From an uncultured Maribacter sp. (GTDB lineage: Bacteria; Bacteroidota; Bacteroidia; Flavobacteriales; Flavobacteriaceae): a stretch of DNA of 64,000 bases. Shown one piece after another: positions 1 to 9,252 of the stretch (positions are counted from its first letter, which is position 1; each line of letters starts with the position of its first letter). The position numbers were made by a program, and so were the translations under genes. The notes under the pieces are model-generated. The model searched no databases, was not told where the DNA came from, and saw only the letters and a program-made list of their open reading frames with translations. Location: assembly GCF_947500985.1 (NCBI RefSeq), contig NZ_CANMTX010000008.1:59669-123668 (forward strand), given 5' to 3'.

Positions 1-1
1 A

Positions 2-313
2 GGAGTAACGGAATCCTTTCCTTTTGATGAGACAACGTTGGTATTTAAAGTCATGGGTAAAATGTTTGCCCTTTGCGGGTTGGATAATGTTCCACTACGC
101 GTTAATTTAAAATGTGATCCAGATAGAGCCATAGAACTTCGCGAAACTCATGACGGTATTATTGAAGGCTGGCACATGAGTAAAAAACATTGGAACACTG
201 TTTACCTAGATCAAATATCTAAAGAACTTACGCTAGAGCTTATTGATCATTCTTATGATCTGGTCGTTTCTAAGTTTACCAAGAAGTTAAAAGCAGAACT
301 AGAAGCATTATAG
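2..313 (+). CDS. MmcQ/YjbR family DNA-binding protein (5' partial)
   Basis: Frame is open from position 2 (GVTESFPFDETTLVFKVMGKMFAL...NLKCDP...GWHMSKKHWNTV), the typical YjbR motif; the true start lies before the window. Confidence 0.85.
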   Translation, partial: GVTESFPFDETTLVFKVMGKMFALCGLDNVPLRVNLKCDPDRAIELRETHDGIIEGWHMSKKHWNTVYLDQISKELTLELIDHSYDLVVSKFTKKLKAELEAL

Positions 314-355
314 TATTAAGTTTACAAAACTTTGTTCAATTTGTAAAGTGGTCTG

Positions 356-384
356 TTCACTCACCCAAAAGGGTCATTCACTCA
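356..384 (+). promoter_or_regulatory. Direct repeat TTCACTCA x2 with 21-bp period, candidate LytTR-type operator
   Basis: TTCACTCA at 356-363 and 377-384, 60-90 bp upstream of the exbD-like ATG at 444. Confidence 0.4.
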
Positions 385-443
385 TTCCAACTTTTTTTCA
401 TTGGTTGATATGTGGTACTTAATAGTGTATAAAACCACTATTT

Positions 444-1061
444 ATGAAAAACCACAGAATACCTCAAGAAGTCAATGCCGGTTCTATGGCAGATATCGCT
501 TTTCTATTATTGATTTTTTTCTTGGTCACCACTTCTATAGAGAATGATGCTGGACTTAACCGTCTAATGCCTTCGAATGATAATGAAGCTATTGTTGATA
601 TCAGAGAGCGAAACCTTTTTGAAATTAGTATTAATAATAGTGATCAAATAATGGCAGAAGAGGAAATCATAAATTCAAAAATCCTTAGAAAGAAAGTAAT
701 CGCCTTTATAGATAACGGTGGTTATACATTGGGTATGGATGGATATTGTGATTATTGTAAAGGCGACCGTTTACTAGATTTATCTGAAAATCCTGATAAG
801 GCTATTATTTCTATAAAAACGCAACGAAATACAAGCTATCCGGTTTATGTAGCTGTACAAAATGAAGTGATTGCAGCTTATAACACCTTGCGTAATAGAG
901 AAAGCTTACGATTGTTCAATACCCCTTATGAAAGCATTTATTCTGATTATTACAATGAAGAGATCAGTGATGACCAAAAAGGGCAATTAAAAGAACGTCT
1001 TGAAATTATAAGAGCACTTTATCCGCAGAAAATTCTAGAACCAGAAACAGTAAATAACTAA
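444..1061 (+). CDS. exbD: ExbD/TolR family biopolymer transporter (paralog of 45021..45644)
   Basis: EVNAGSMADIAFLLLIFFLVTT TM motif with conserved Asp; CDYCKG and SENPDKAIIS motifs shared with the 45021 copy. Confidence 0.9.
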   Translation: MKNHRIPQEVNAGSMADIAFLLLIFFLVTTSIENDAGLNRLMPSNDNEAIVDIRERNLFEISINNSDQIMAEEEIINSKILRKKVIAFIDNGGYTLGMDGYCDYCKGDRLLDLSENPDKAIISIKTQRNTSYPVYVAVQNEVIAAYNTLRNRESLRLFNTPYESIYSDYYNEEISDDQKGQLKERLEIIRALYPQKILEPETVNN

Positions 1062-1065
1062 CACC

Positions 1066-1548
1066 ATGATAAAATTCAACAAGTATCGATCTAGTAAAAG
1101 CTTGCCGCCTGTATCAACAGCATCATTACCTGATATTGTTTTTATTCTTCTCTTTTTCTTTATGACGGTTACCGTTATGAAGAATCAAAATTTATTGGTG
1201 GAGAATACCTTACCAACCGCAACTGAAACTGAAAAATTGGACAAGAAAGACCGAGTTATAGAAATTTATGTGGGTAAGCCTACTGCAGAAGCCAAGGCCA
1301 ATTTGGGAGATGAGCCCAGAATTCAAATGGATAATAAGTATATTACTGTAGGTGAAGTTGGCGATTATGCATTACAAGCCTTGTCGTCAATGCCAGAGCA
1401 TTTAAAAAGTGTTGCAACGGTTTCTATTAAAGCAGATATTGGAGTGAAAATGGGTATTATAGAAGACCTTAAAAGTGAACTTCGTATGGTGAATTTGTTG
1501 AAAATAAACTATACCACTTATGAAGGTGCCGCTGTAGATAATTTATAA
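1066..1548 (+). CDS. exbD: ExbD/TolR family biopolymer transporter (paralog of 45667..46149)
   Basis: VSTASLPDIVFILLFFFMTVTVMK motif; C-terminal LKINYTTYEG nearly identical to the 45667 copy. Confidence 0.9.
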   Translation: MIKFNKYRSSKSLPPVSTASLPDIVFILLFFFMTVTVMKNQNLLVENTLPTATETEKLDKKDRVIEIYVGKPTAEAKANLGDEPRIQMDNKYITVGEVGDYALQALSSMPEHLKSVATVSIKADIGVKMGIIEDLKSELRMVNLLKINYTTYEGAAVDNL

Positions 1549-1604
1549 AATGAAATGAGTGTTTTTAAAACTGCTTTCCATTTATAGAAACCACTTTCTA
1601 AGGT

Positions 1605-1612
1605 TATCTTTG
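1605..1612 (+). promoter_or_regulatory. Bacteroidota sigma70 -7 element
   Basis: TATCTTTG matches TAnnTTTG, about 25 bp upstream of ATG 1638. Confidence 0.6.
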
Positions 1613-1637
1613 CCTTTTCTATAATAGGTTGATATTC

Positions 1638-3410
1638 ATGAATAATTTAGAGGAATTTTACACCCAACGCGTACAAAAGTTTGAAGAGGTTATTGAAGCC
1701 TTGAATAAGAAACTTTTTTTATTTAGCACGTTACGATTACTGATATTTTTGGGTACTATCGCTGCACTTTATTTCGCTTCGGTAAATGCAAAATATGTGG
1801 TTGACGTGTTATTTGTTGGTATACCATTGTTCTTGTTTTTAGTAAGTAAGTACACAAATCTAAAACTTCAAAAAGCTAAAATTGAGGAGCTAAGAAATCT
1901 TAATCAAGTAGAGTTACAAGTGCTAAAAAGAGACTTTTCTAAATTACCTAACGGAAAAGAATTTGCCGATGACATTCATTTTTTTAGCCAAGATATAGAC
2001 TTGTTTGGTGAAGGTTCTTTTTATCAAATTTCAAATAGGACAAAACTTGCCGAGGGTAGCCTTTTATTAGCCGATATTTATAAGGAGAATTCGATTAACG
2101 ACATCGCTGAAAAGCAAGAAGCAATTACTGAAATTGGTGAAAAAGTTGATTGGCGACAAGAGTTTTCTGCGATGGCAGCATTAACGAAAACGGAAACTTC
2201 TACACATACTATTGCCAAATGGTTAAAGAATTACGAGTCTTTTGTACCAAAGGCAATGAAATTTATTCCGCAAGTATTTTCAATTATTTCAGTGACTATT
2301 TTTATTGCATACTTTTTGGATTATCTACCGGAATCTGTTTTGATTATATGGTTGGTTCTAGGTATGATCATCGTTGGTCTATTTACAAAAAAGGTAACCA
2401 ATTTAGGACAGAGCGCTACCAAAATGAAATCTACTTTTGACCAGTACAATCAACTATTGGCAATGATAGAAAAGACTGATTTTACATCAGATCTTTTGAA
2501 AAAACAAAAAGAAAATATTTTAAGCAATGGTGAACATAATTCTAAAGTTCTAAAGAAATTCGCATCACTTTTAAGCAACCTGGATCGTAATAATAATCTA
2601 CTATATTTAATATTTGCAAACGGATTTTTCCTTCGCTCATTAACTGATTGTCTTGCTATTGAAAAATGGATCGAGGCTCATGGTAAAGATGTTGAGATTT
2701 GGTTCAATACCATTGCGTTTTTTGATGCCTATAGTAGTTTAGGGAACTTCGCTTTTAACCATCCGAATTCCACATATCCTACGATTACTAATGACGGAGT
2801 GGTATTAAAGTCTAAAAATGCAGGTCACCCGTTATTAGATCCAGCAAAAAGTATATTGAATGATTTTACTATTGATGGCGGACAGTTCTTTATCATTACC
2901 GGTGCAAATATGGCTGGTAAGAGTACATTCTTACGAACTGTTTCATTACAGATTATGATGGCTAATGTCGGGTTGCCAGTTTGTGCTGAATCTGTAAGTT
3001 ATTCCCCAATAAAACTAATTACCAGTATGCGTACCACAGATTCATTAACAGATGATGAATCTTACTTCTTTTCAGAATTAAAGCGCCTTAGATACATTGT
3101 AGATGAAATACAAACGGACCGTTATTTTATTGTTTTAGATGAAATTTTAAAGGGAACTAATAGTACTGATAAGGCATTGGGTTCACGAAAGTTTGTAGAG
3201 CGATTAGTAAAGAGTAAATCTACTGGTATTATTGCTACGCATGATCTTAGTCTTTGCGAAGTCGCTAATGAATATGATGCTGTAAAGAACCATTATTTTG
3301 ACGCGGAAATCATAGATAACGAACTACATTTTGATTACACGTTTAAAGACGGTATTTGTCAGAATATGAACGCTTCTTTTTTGTTAAAGAAGATGGGGAT
3401 TATAGAATAA
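1638..3410 (+). CDS. Membrane-anchored MutS-related ATPase (MutS domain V only)
   Basis: Walker A GANMAGKST, DEILKGTNS and IATHD motifs; hydrophobic segments near the N-terminus and middle; no mismatch-recognition domain; ATG 1638 preferred over TTG 1629. Confidence 0.85.
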   Translation: MNNLEEFYTQRVQKFEEVIEALNKKLFLFSTLRLLIFLGTIAALYFASVNAKYVVDVLFVGIPLFLFLVSKYTNLKLQKAKIEELRNLNQVELQVLKRDFSKLPNGKEFADDIHFFSQDIDLFGEGSFYQISNRTKLAEGSLLLADIYKENSINDIAEKQEAITEIGEKVDWRQEFSAMAALTKTETSTHTIAKWLKNYESFVPKAMKFIPQVFSIISVTIFIAYFLDYLPESVLIIWLVLGMIIVGLFTKKVTNLGQSATKMKSTFDQYNQLLAMIEKTDFTSDLLKKQKENILSNGEHNSKVLKKFASLLSNLDRNNNLLYLIFANGFFLRSLTDCLAIEKWIEAHGKDVEIWFNTIAFFDAYSSLGNFAFNHPNSTYPTITNDGVVLKSKNAGHPLLDPAKSILNDFTIDGGQFFIITGANMAGKSTFLRTVSLQIMMANVGLPVCAESVSYSPIKLITSMRTTDSLTDDESYFFSELKRLRYIVDEIQTDRYFIVLDEILKGTNSTDKALGSRKFVERLVKSKSTGIIATHDLSLCEVANEYDAVKNHYFDAEIIDNELHFDYTFKDGICQNMNASFLLKKMGIIE

Positions 3411-3460
3411 ATCTTTTTTATTCTTAGATTTAAAATTGTAATCATTTTCCGTCTTTTTTT

Positions 3461-5854
3461 ATGCATAGAATTTCGCTTTTATTCCTTTTTCAAATATTCT
3501 TCTAGCTCAAAATGAAATTGGTAACAATTTGGTCAAGGATAAATTCCTGAAATATTTTGAATTACCAAGAGAGTCTGTATTTCTACATACTAACAAAACA
3601 ACGTATATAGCCAATGAAGAAGTATGGTTAAAGGGTTATGTGTATGACAGGCATAACAATAAACCCTTTAGTCAGACTACAACGATTCATGTAGGCTTGT
3701 ATAATGCCGACGGCAAGAAATTTAACGACTATCATTTTAAAGCAGGTGATGGCTATTTTAAAGGTAGTATTGTCGTAGATTCAATGCTTGCTAGTGGTGA
3801 GTATTATCTTCGTACAAGTACAAATTGGATGAAGAATTTTAAAGAAGATGATTCTTTTGTTCAGAAAGTCACCATTTTAAATGAAAAGCCGATTGAAAAG
3901 GCTAAATCTATTAAAGATTATGATATCCAGTTTCTGCCTGAAGGCGGTAATTTCGTTGAAGACGCGCCTGGTGTTATGGGAGTTAAAGTTACTGATGCTA
4001 ACGGATATGGTGTTAGAATTGTAGAAGGGTCTGTATTCGATAGCGATAATACTCAGGTAGCCAGATTCTATACATCAATTTTTGGTTTGGGAAAATTTAA
4101 TTTTAATCCTAAGGCGGGTGTTGAGTACGTGGCTAAAATAGAGTTTGACGATGGTAGTGTGGAAACCACTACACTCCAAAAACCTTCTAAAGTAGGCATC
4201 TCTTTTAGTGTAAAGAATGTTGATGATGACCGGTTCATTATTAGTTTAACAACAAACGAGGCGACTAAGGAAATTATTAAAGAAAAACAGTTTTATTTGC
4301 TGGTACATAAAGATGGTCACGCAAATAGAATACCCATTACCTTCCCCAAGAATAAACTATTTGTATCAAAAGTTTTAATTAAAGAAGTGCTTAATAAAGG
4401 GATGAATATCTTGACGTTATTTAATCCAGATGGTAAGCCAATTGCAGAACGATTGATTTTTAATCATGCAAATCTTTTCAACACTAAATTGAAGGTAAGC
4501 AAAATAACTACAGAGGGCGATTCTTTAAATATTCAAATCAAACTTCTTGATATCGGTAATGTGCAACAAAATTTAAGTGTCTCTGTTTTACCTGGCAATA
4601 CAATTTCTTACAATCAAAAAAAACTCTATCTATAGTACCTTTTATTTAAAGCCTTACGTAAAAGGATTCATTGAAAATCCAAAATATTATTTTAAGGACA
4701 TTACTACTAAAAAAGTGAACGACCTTGATATTTTATTAATGACTCAAGGTTGGTCTAGATATGATTGGACCGATGTTTTTAAGGGACCTCCTGGTCAGTT
4801 TTATGAATTTGAAAACGGAATAGATTTAGAAGGAACTATCTACAGCAAAGGGGTTACATCAGAAGAAAAGCTATTGGTTAGTTTTCCTGATGGTCGTAGT
4901 AGATATTTAGACATTTTAGAAAATAGATTTTTGATTCAGAAAAATTTTCCTGTAAAAGGTGAAACCTTGGATTTTACGTTGATTGTAAAGAATGGAAAAT
5001 TGGCAAAACCAAATATAGGTTTGAATATGAAGTTAGGGGCAATCCCCGATGAAATTGATACTATTTGGAAAGAAAAAGTAGAATTTGAAGAAGAAAATAG
5101 TTCTAAAATAGGTAATGCGCCCGATTTAATTTCGTCTGATAATACCATAAGTCTAAATGAGGTTACGGTTGTTGAAAATAAGATTAAGACTACTGTAGAA
5201 AGTAACGTGTTTGTTCCTAAATATTTAAAAGGAAAAATGACAGAGGTTACTGAAGATATAGAATTTAGTTTTCCGCTAATAACCGACATTATAGCGTCAA
5301 GGGGTTATTACGTTAGAGAAGAGTTAAGTTTTGGTAGTATAGATCGGCTGATTATTAGAGCAAGAACTGTACAATCTTTTCTTTCAGGTAATGCATTGCC
5401 TGTTCCTGTTATTTATTTAAATGGTGCAAGATTAAGTACACTTGATATTTTATATAGAATGCCAACTAGTGAGGTGGAAAGCTTTTTAATAGATAAAACA
5501 GGCGCAGGTGAAGGAGCAAGAGGCTCCGGTGGTGTAATTCGTATTTATACCAGAAGATTACCAAGGGATTATAATGATCAGTATGGTAAAGATGAGAATG
5601 TTTTTAAATACGAACTTAAAGAAGGATTCGAACCTGTTAAGAAATTCTATACCCCCAAATACACTTCATACCTTTCTAATGAATTTGAGAATTTTGGTAC
5701 TATACATTGGGTTCCAGAATTAAAGACTGATGAAAATGGTGTAGCTACCTTCAAAATACTAAACACCTTACAGAATAATATCAATTTTTATATTGAAGGC
5801 ATGGGAACTGATGGTAGTTTGATTTCTGCTGAACAAAATCTTGTAATTGATTGA
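3461..5854 (+). pseudogene. Secreted protein (MG2-like N-terminus, TonB-plug-like C-terminus) broken by two homopolymer frameshifts
   Basis: ATG3461 plus one extra T in T5 (3486-3490) gives signal peptide MHRISLLFLFSNILLAQ in frame with ORF 3529; removing one A from A8 (4616-4623) joins it to ORF 4577 (YNQKNSIYSTFYLKPYVKGFIENP); C-terminal GVIRIYT and TIHWVP motifs. Confidence 0.7.
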
Positions 5855-5894
5855 TTTTTAAATTTTTAAAATAATATAACAATACTTATTAATT

Positions 5895-5916
5895 CCCCCT
5901 TTGGGGGTTAGGGGGC
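5895..5916. repeat. GC-rich REP-like element CCCCCTTTGGGGGTTAGGGGGC
   Basis: Isolated C5/G5/G5 runs in AT-rich intergenic DNA; resembles a recurrent Bacteroidota palindromic element (recognised from memory, not searched). Confidence 0.45.
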
Positions 5917-5921
5917 ATCAT

Positions 5922-6923
5922 ATGGATTCATTAACACAAATAGTACTTGGGGCAGCGGTCGGCGAGGCGGTTCTTGGAAAGAAAGTGGGTAATAAGGCTA
6001 TGCTTTATGGTGCTATTGCTGGTACAATTCCCGATTTAGACGTGATTACCCGTTATTTTCTAGATACGGTTACTGCTACCGAATGGCATAGGGGAGTTAG
6101 TCATTCTATATTCTTTTCAGTAGTATTTGCACCCATTTTTGGATGGCTGGTCTGGAAAATAAACAAGAAAGAATCGGCTACCTGGAAAGAGTGGTCTAAG
6201 TTAATGTTCTGGGGTCTCTTTACGCATCCGTTGTTAGATGCTTTTACCACTTGGGGCACACAATTATTCTGGCCGTTTAAAACGAGATTAGCGTTTCAGA
6301 GTGTTTTTGTGATAGACCCGTTGTATACTGTTCCGTTTATTATTTTCTTGATATTAGCTATGTTTCAAAAGCGTACTTCTTTGAAACGTAAAAAATATGT
6401 GAAACTCGGACTAGTCATTAGTACATCCTATTTAGTATTAACATTGGTCTTAAAAGGTATCGCTTTTCAGAAATTTGAAAATGCGCTTGGGGAACAAGGT
6501 GTTTCTTATAACGAAATGAATACCCGCCCTGCACCATTGAATACGGTACTGTGGATGGCAAATATAGATACTGATGATGCTTATTTAATGGGAGATTATT
6601 CTTTCTTTGATACGCAGTCTATCTCGTTTACATCGTATCCTAAAAATTATGAATTACTGGGTAAATGGTCTAGTAACGATAAAATAGAGCGACTTATAAA
6701 AATAACCGAAGGCTGGTATACGATTACCGAAAATGATGGGCAGCTGTATTTTAACGACTTAAGATTCGGACTCATTAGTTTAGACGAAAATGAAAACCAA
6801 TTTGCATTCAGTTATAAGTTAGTACCTGATGGTGATGATTTAATTGTAGAAGAAAGACCGAAGTTCAAAAGAGACGCCAAACGTTTAATGGTTGCGCTGT
6901 GGCAACGTATTTGGGAAAATTAG
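5922..6923 (+). CDS. Metal-dependent hydrolase, inner-membrane (YdjM/LexA-binding family)
   Basis: MDSLTQIVLGAAVGE, TIPDLD, WHRGVSHS and THPLLDAFTTWG motifs; ATG 5922 preferred. Confidence 0.85.
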   Translation: MDSLTQIVLGAAVGEAVLGKKVGNKAMLYGAIAGTIPDLDVITRYFLDTVTATEWHRGVSHSIFFSVVFAPIFGWLVWKINKKESATWKEWSKLMFWGLFTHPLLDAFTTWGTQLFWPFKTRLAFQSVFVIDPLYTVPFIIFLILAMFQKRTSLKRKKYVKLGLVISTSYLVLTLVLKGIAFQKFENALGEQGVSYNEMNTRPAPLNTVLWMANIDTDDAYLMGDYSFFDTQSISFTSYPKNYELLGKWSSNDKIERLIKITEGWYTITENDGQLYFNDLRFGLISLDENENQFAFSYKLVPDGDDLIVEERPKFKRDAKRLMVALWQRIWEN

Positions 6924-6927
6924 TTTC

Positions 6928-9252
6928 TTAAAACGGATAGCCTATCGCAAAATTCAAGGTCATGTTATTATCCGCATTTCCAAAGAAAGGTACATTCCAA
7001 CGTTCGTTTTCATCTAAATAGGGTATACGCAGTGGCGAGGCTAGATCTAACCGAATCACGAAACTTTGAATATCTAAACGAACACCAAAACCAACACCTG
7101 CCGCTACTTCGCTTAACCAGTCTTTTTCAAATTTACCATCAGTAAAAAGTGAAACAGATGAAGTACTGGTAGACTCATCTTCTATTAGACTAGAATAATC
7201 GCCCGTTAGCCATACATTTCCTGCATCCACAAAAAACGCACCTTTTAAATAGGAGAAAAGAGGAAAACGGTATTCTACATTGGCTTCTAACTTTAAATTA
7301 CCAGATTGGTCGTAATAATCGGTAGTATCATCATCGGTGTCCGGTAAAAAATTACCGGGACCTATGGATCTTATGTCAAATGCCCGCACGCTATATGGAC
7401 CGCCAGAGTAAAATTGTTTAACGAAAGGTAAAGTGGTGCTATTACCATAAGGTACACCCCAGCCGGCGTATAGTCGAGATACTAACGTTCGTTCTTTTTG
7501 CCAGCGTAAGTAGAGTCGTAGATCAGCATCCACTTTTGCATATTGTGCATATTCTGAGCCAAAAATTGTACTAGAGCCTCCGCTAAACAAACTCAATGCA
7601 TTTCCTGCTAAGTCAAAATTTGTAGAAAAGTAAATTGGCTTTTCTTTTTTAAGATTAGATACTTCGTCATACGTAAAACTATATAATAAACCGGCTATAA
7701 AACGCTGTTCAAAACTTTGGCTTAAATATTCATTATCATCAAGAATAGCCTGAAACTCATCGGTTACATTGGATAGTTTTGAATAGTTAATACTAATAGG
7801 GTCTAAGGTGTGATGTACGTACTGATTTTCTTTCCAGGTATACCCAAAACTACTGTTTACAGAACTTAACGTAAATAAATCACTACGTTGTAAAAAGTCT
7901 ACCCCAACAGATATTTTGGTTTTAGGTACTGCATATTTAAATCTACTTGGTGAAAAAGGTATGGATCTAGGTATAATTAGATCTGCACTTAAACCACCAG
8001 CAATACTGCTTAGGTTAGAATTGCTGCCGCTCGACAACTGTAGCTCATAAGAAAAATCAGCCGAGACACTAAATGTTTCACCGCCTTTAAATACATTTCT
8101 ATTGGTATGACTCAATAAAATACCAGGACCTGTGTATCCGTTAGATTTTGAAACTGCTTGTAACTCCGCCCTAATGGATCGTTTTGTTAAAGGTGCTAAA
8201 TAGATATTAGCAGCTAATGATCCGCCATTACCATCTGTCGCAGTGGTGTCAAGTTCAGTATATTGTATGTTTACATACTTGTAGCTGCCCAATGCAGATA
8301 ATCTGTTGCTTGTTTGTTTTGATGTGTTAGCATCATATAAATCACCTTTATTGAAAAGTAAGTATGACTCTAAGAGTTCAGGTTTGAAATACAATTCGTT
8401 CTGTATAAAATCTATATTATCTACTTGGGTGACGTTTTCTTTAGTTAGAGGCAATGTATCGCCTTCAATAGAATAATTAGGGTACACTGTTATAGAATCT
8501 ATAGTGTAGGGGATAGAAGCACGTATTGGCACATCTTTCTTCAGTCTTAGAAAAAGATCAAATTTTCTATTCTTATATTGATTAGTGTCTGCTTCAAAAA
8601 TTAAAAGATCTTCTTGGCTATTGTAAAACCCTTTTTGTTTCAAAGCATTATTCAAGCGTGCTCTTTCGGCTTTTAATAAATCAAGATCAAAACGGTCTCC
8701 TTTTTTTAGAGCGGTTTCGGGTAGTATTTTTTCTATTTCCTTATATATGGGTAAGGTGTCAGATTCTAGATTGTAATTCTCCAATACATAAGGAGCAGGT
8801 AACTTGGCGGAATAATTGACCGAGGCAAATTTCTTATCGATGACCGTTTCAGATTCAGACTGACTATAGAAAAATCCGTTATTATCTAGTCGGTTCAATA
8901 TCAATTCTTCTACACGTTCGGGGTTTACATCTGAAAAATAAACGGGTTCTTCTCCAAAAGATTTATTTAGAAATTTATATAAGAATCCTGGTTTTTCTCG
9001 CTGCGCCTTGTAATGAAAAAATAGGGCAGGTTTCATTCCTATAAATTTGGTATTAGGGTTTGGCTCAATTACATCAAGTAATTCTGACTTTACTTCTTTA
9101 CCGTCTTGGAGTTCACTTTCAGAATTTATTTTAAGTGTAGCTCCTGTATACAATTGTTCTCCTTCAGGTATATATTTTTCTATACCACATGAATAGGCAA
9201 ACAATAGTGCTAAACAGAGTAAAGTACGATATGTGAATTTTTTATTTTTCAA
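6928..9252 (-). CDS. tamL: BamA/TamA-family outer-membrane lipoprotein (TamL-like)
   Basis: Lipobox FAYSC; POTRA-like region; FYSGGPYSVRAF and GFGVRLD...FAIGYPF barrel motifs; TTG start overlaps the tamB stop. Confidence 0.85.
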   Translation of the reverse strand: MKNKKFTYRTLLCLALLFAYSCGIEKYIPEGEQLYTGATLKINSESELQDGKEVKSELLDVIEPNPNTKFIGMKPALFFHYKAQREKPGFLYKFLNKSFGEEPVYFSDVNPERVEELILNRLDNNGFFYSQSESETVIDKKFASVNYSAKLPAPYVLENYNLESDTLPIYKEIEKILPETALKKGDRFDLDLLKAERARLNNALKQKGFYNSQEDLLIFEADTNQYKNRKFDLFLRLKKDVPIRASIPYTIDSITVYPNYSIEGDTLPLTKENVTQVDNIDFIQNELYFKPELLESYLLFNKGDLYDANTSKQTSNRLSALGSYKYVNIQYTELDTTATDGNGGSLAANIYLAPLTKRSIRAELQAVSKSNGYTGPGILLSHTNRNVFKGGETFSVSADFSYELQLSSGSNSNLSSIAGGLSADLIIPRSIPFSPSRFKYAVPKTKISVGVDFLQRSDLFTLSSVNSSFGYTWKENQYVHHTLDPISINYSKLSNVTDEFQAILDDNEYLSQSFEQRFIAGLLYSFTYDEVSNLKKEKPIYFSTNFDLAGNALSLFSGGSSTIFGSEYAQYAKVDADLRLYLRWQKERTLVSRLYAGWGVPYGNSTTLPFVKQFYSGGPYSVRAFDIRSIGPGNFLPDTDDDTTDYYDQSGNLKLEANVEYRFPLFSYLKGAFFVDAGNVWLTGDYSSLIEDESTSTSSVSLFTDGKFEKDWLSEVAAGVGFGVRLDIQSFVIRLDLASPLRIPYLDENERWNVPFFGNADNNMTLNFAIGYPF

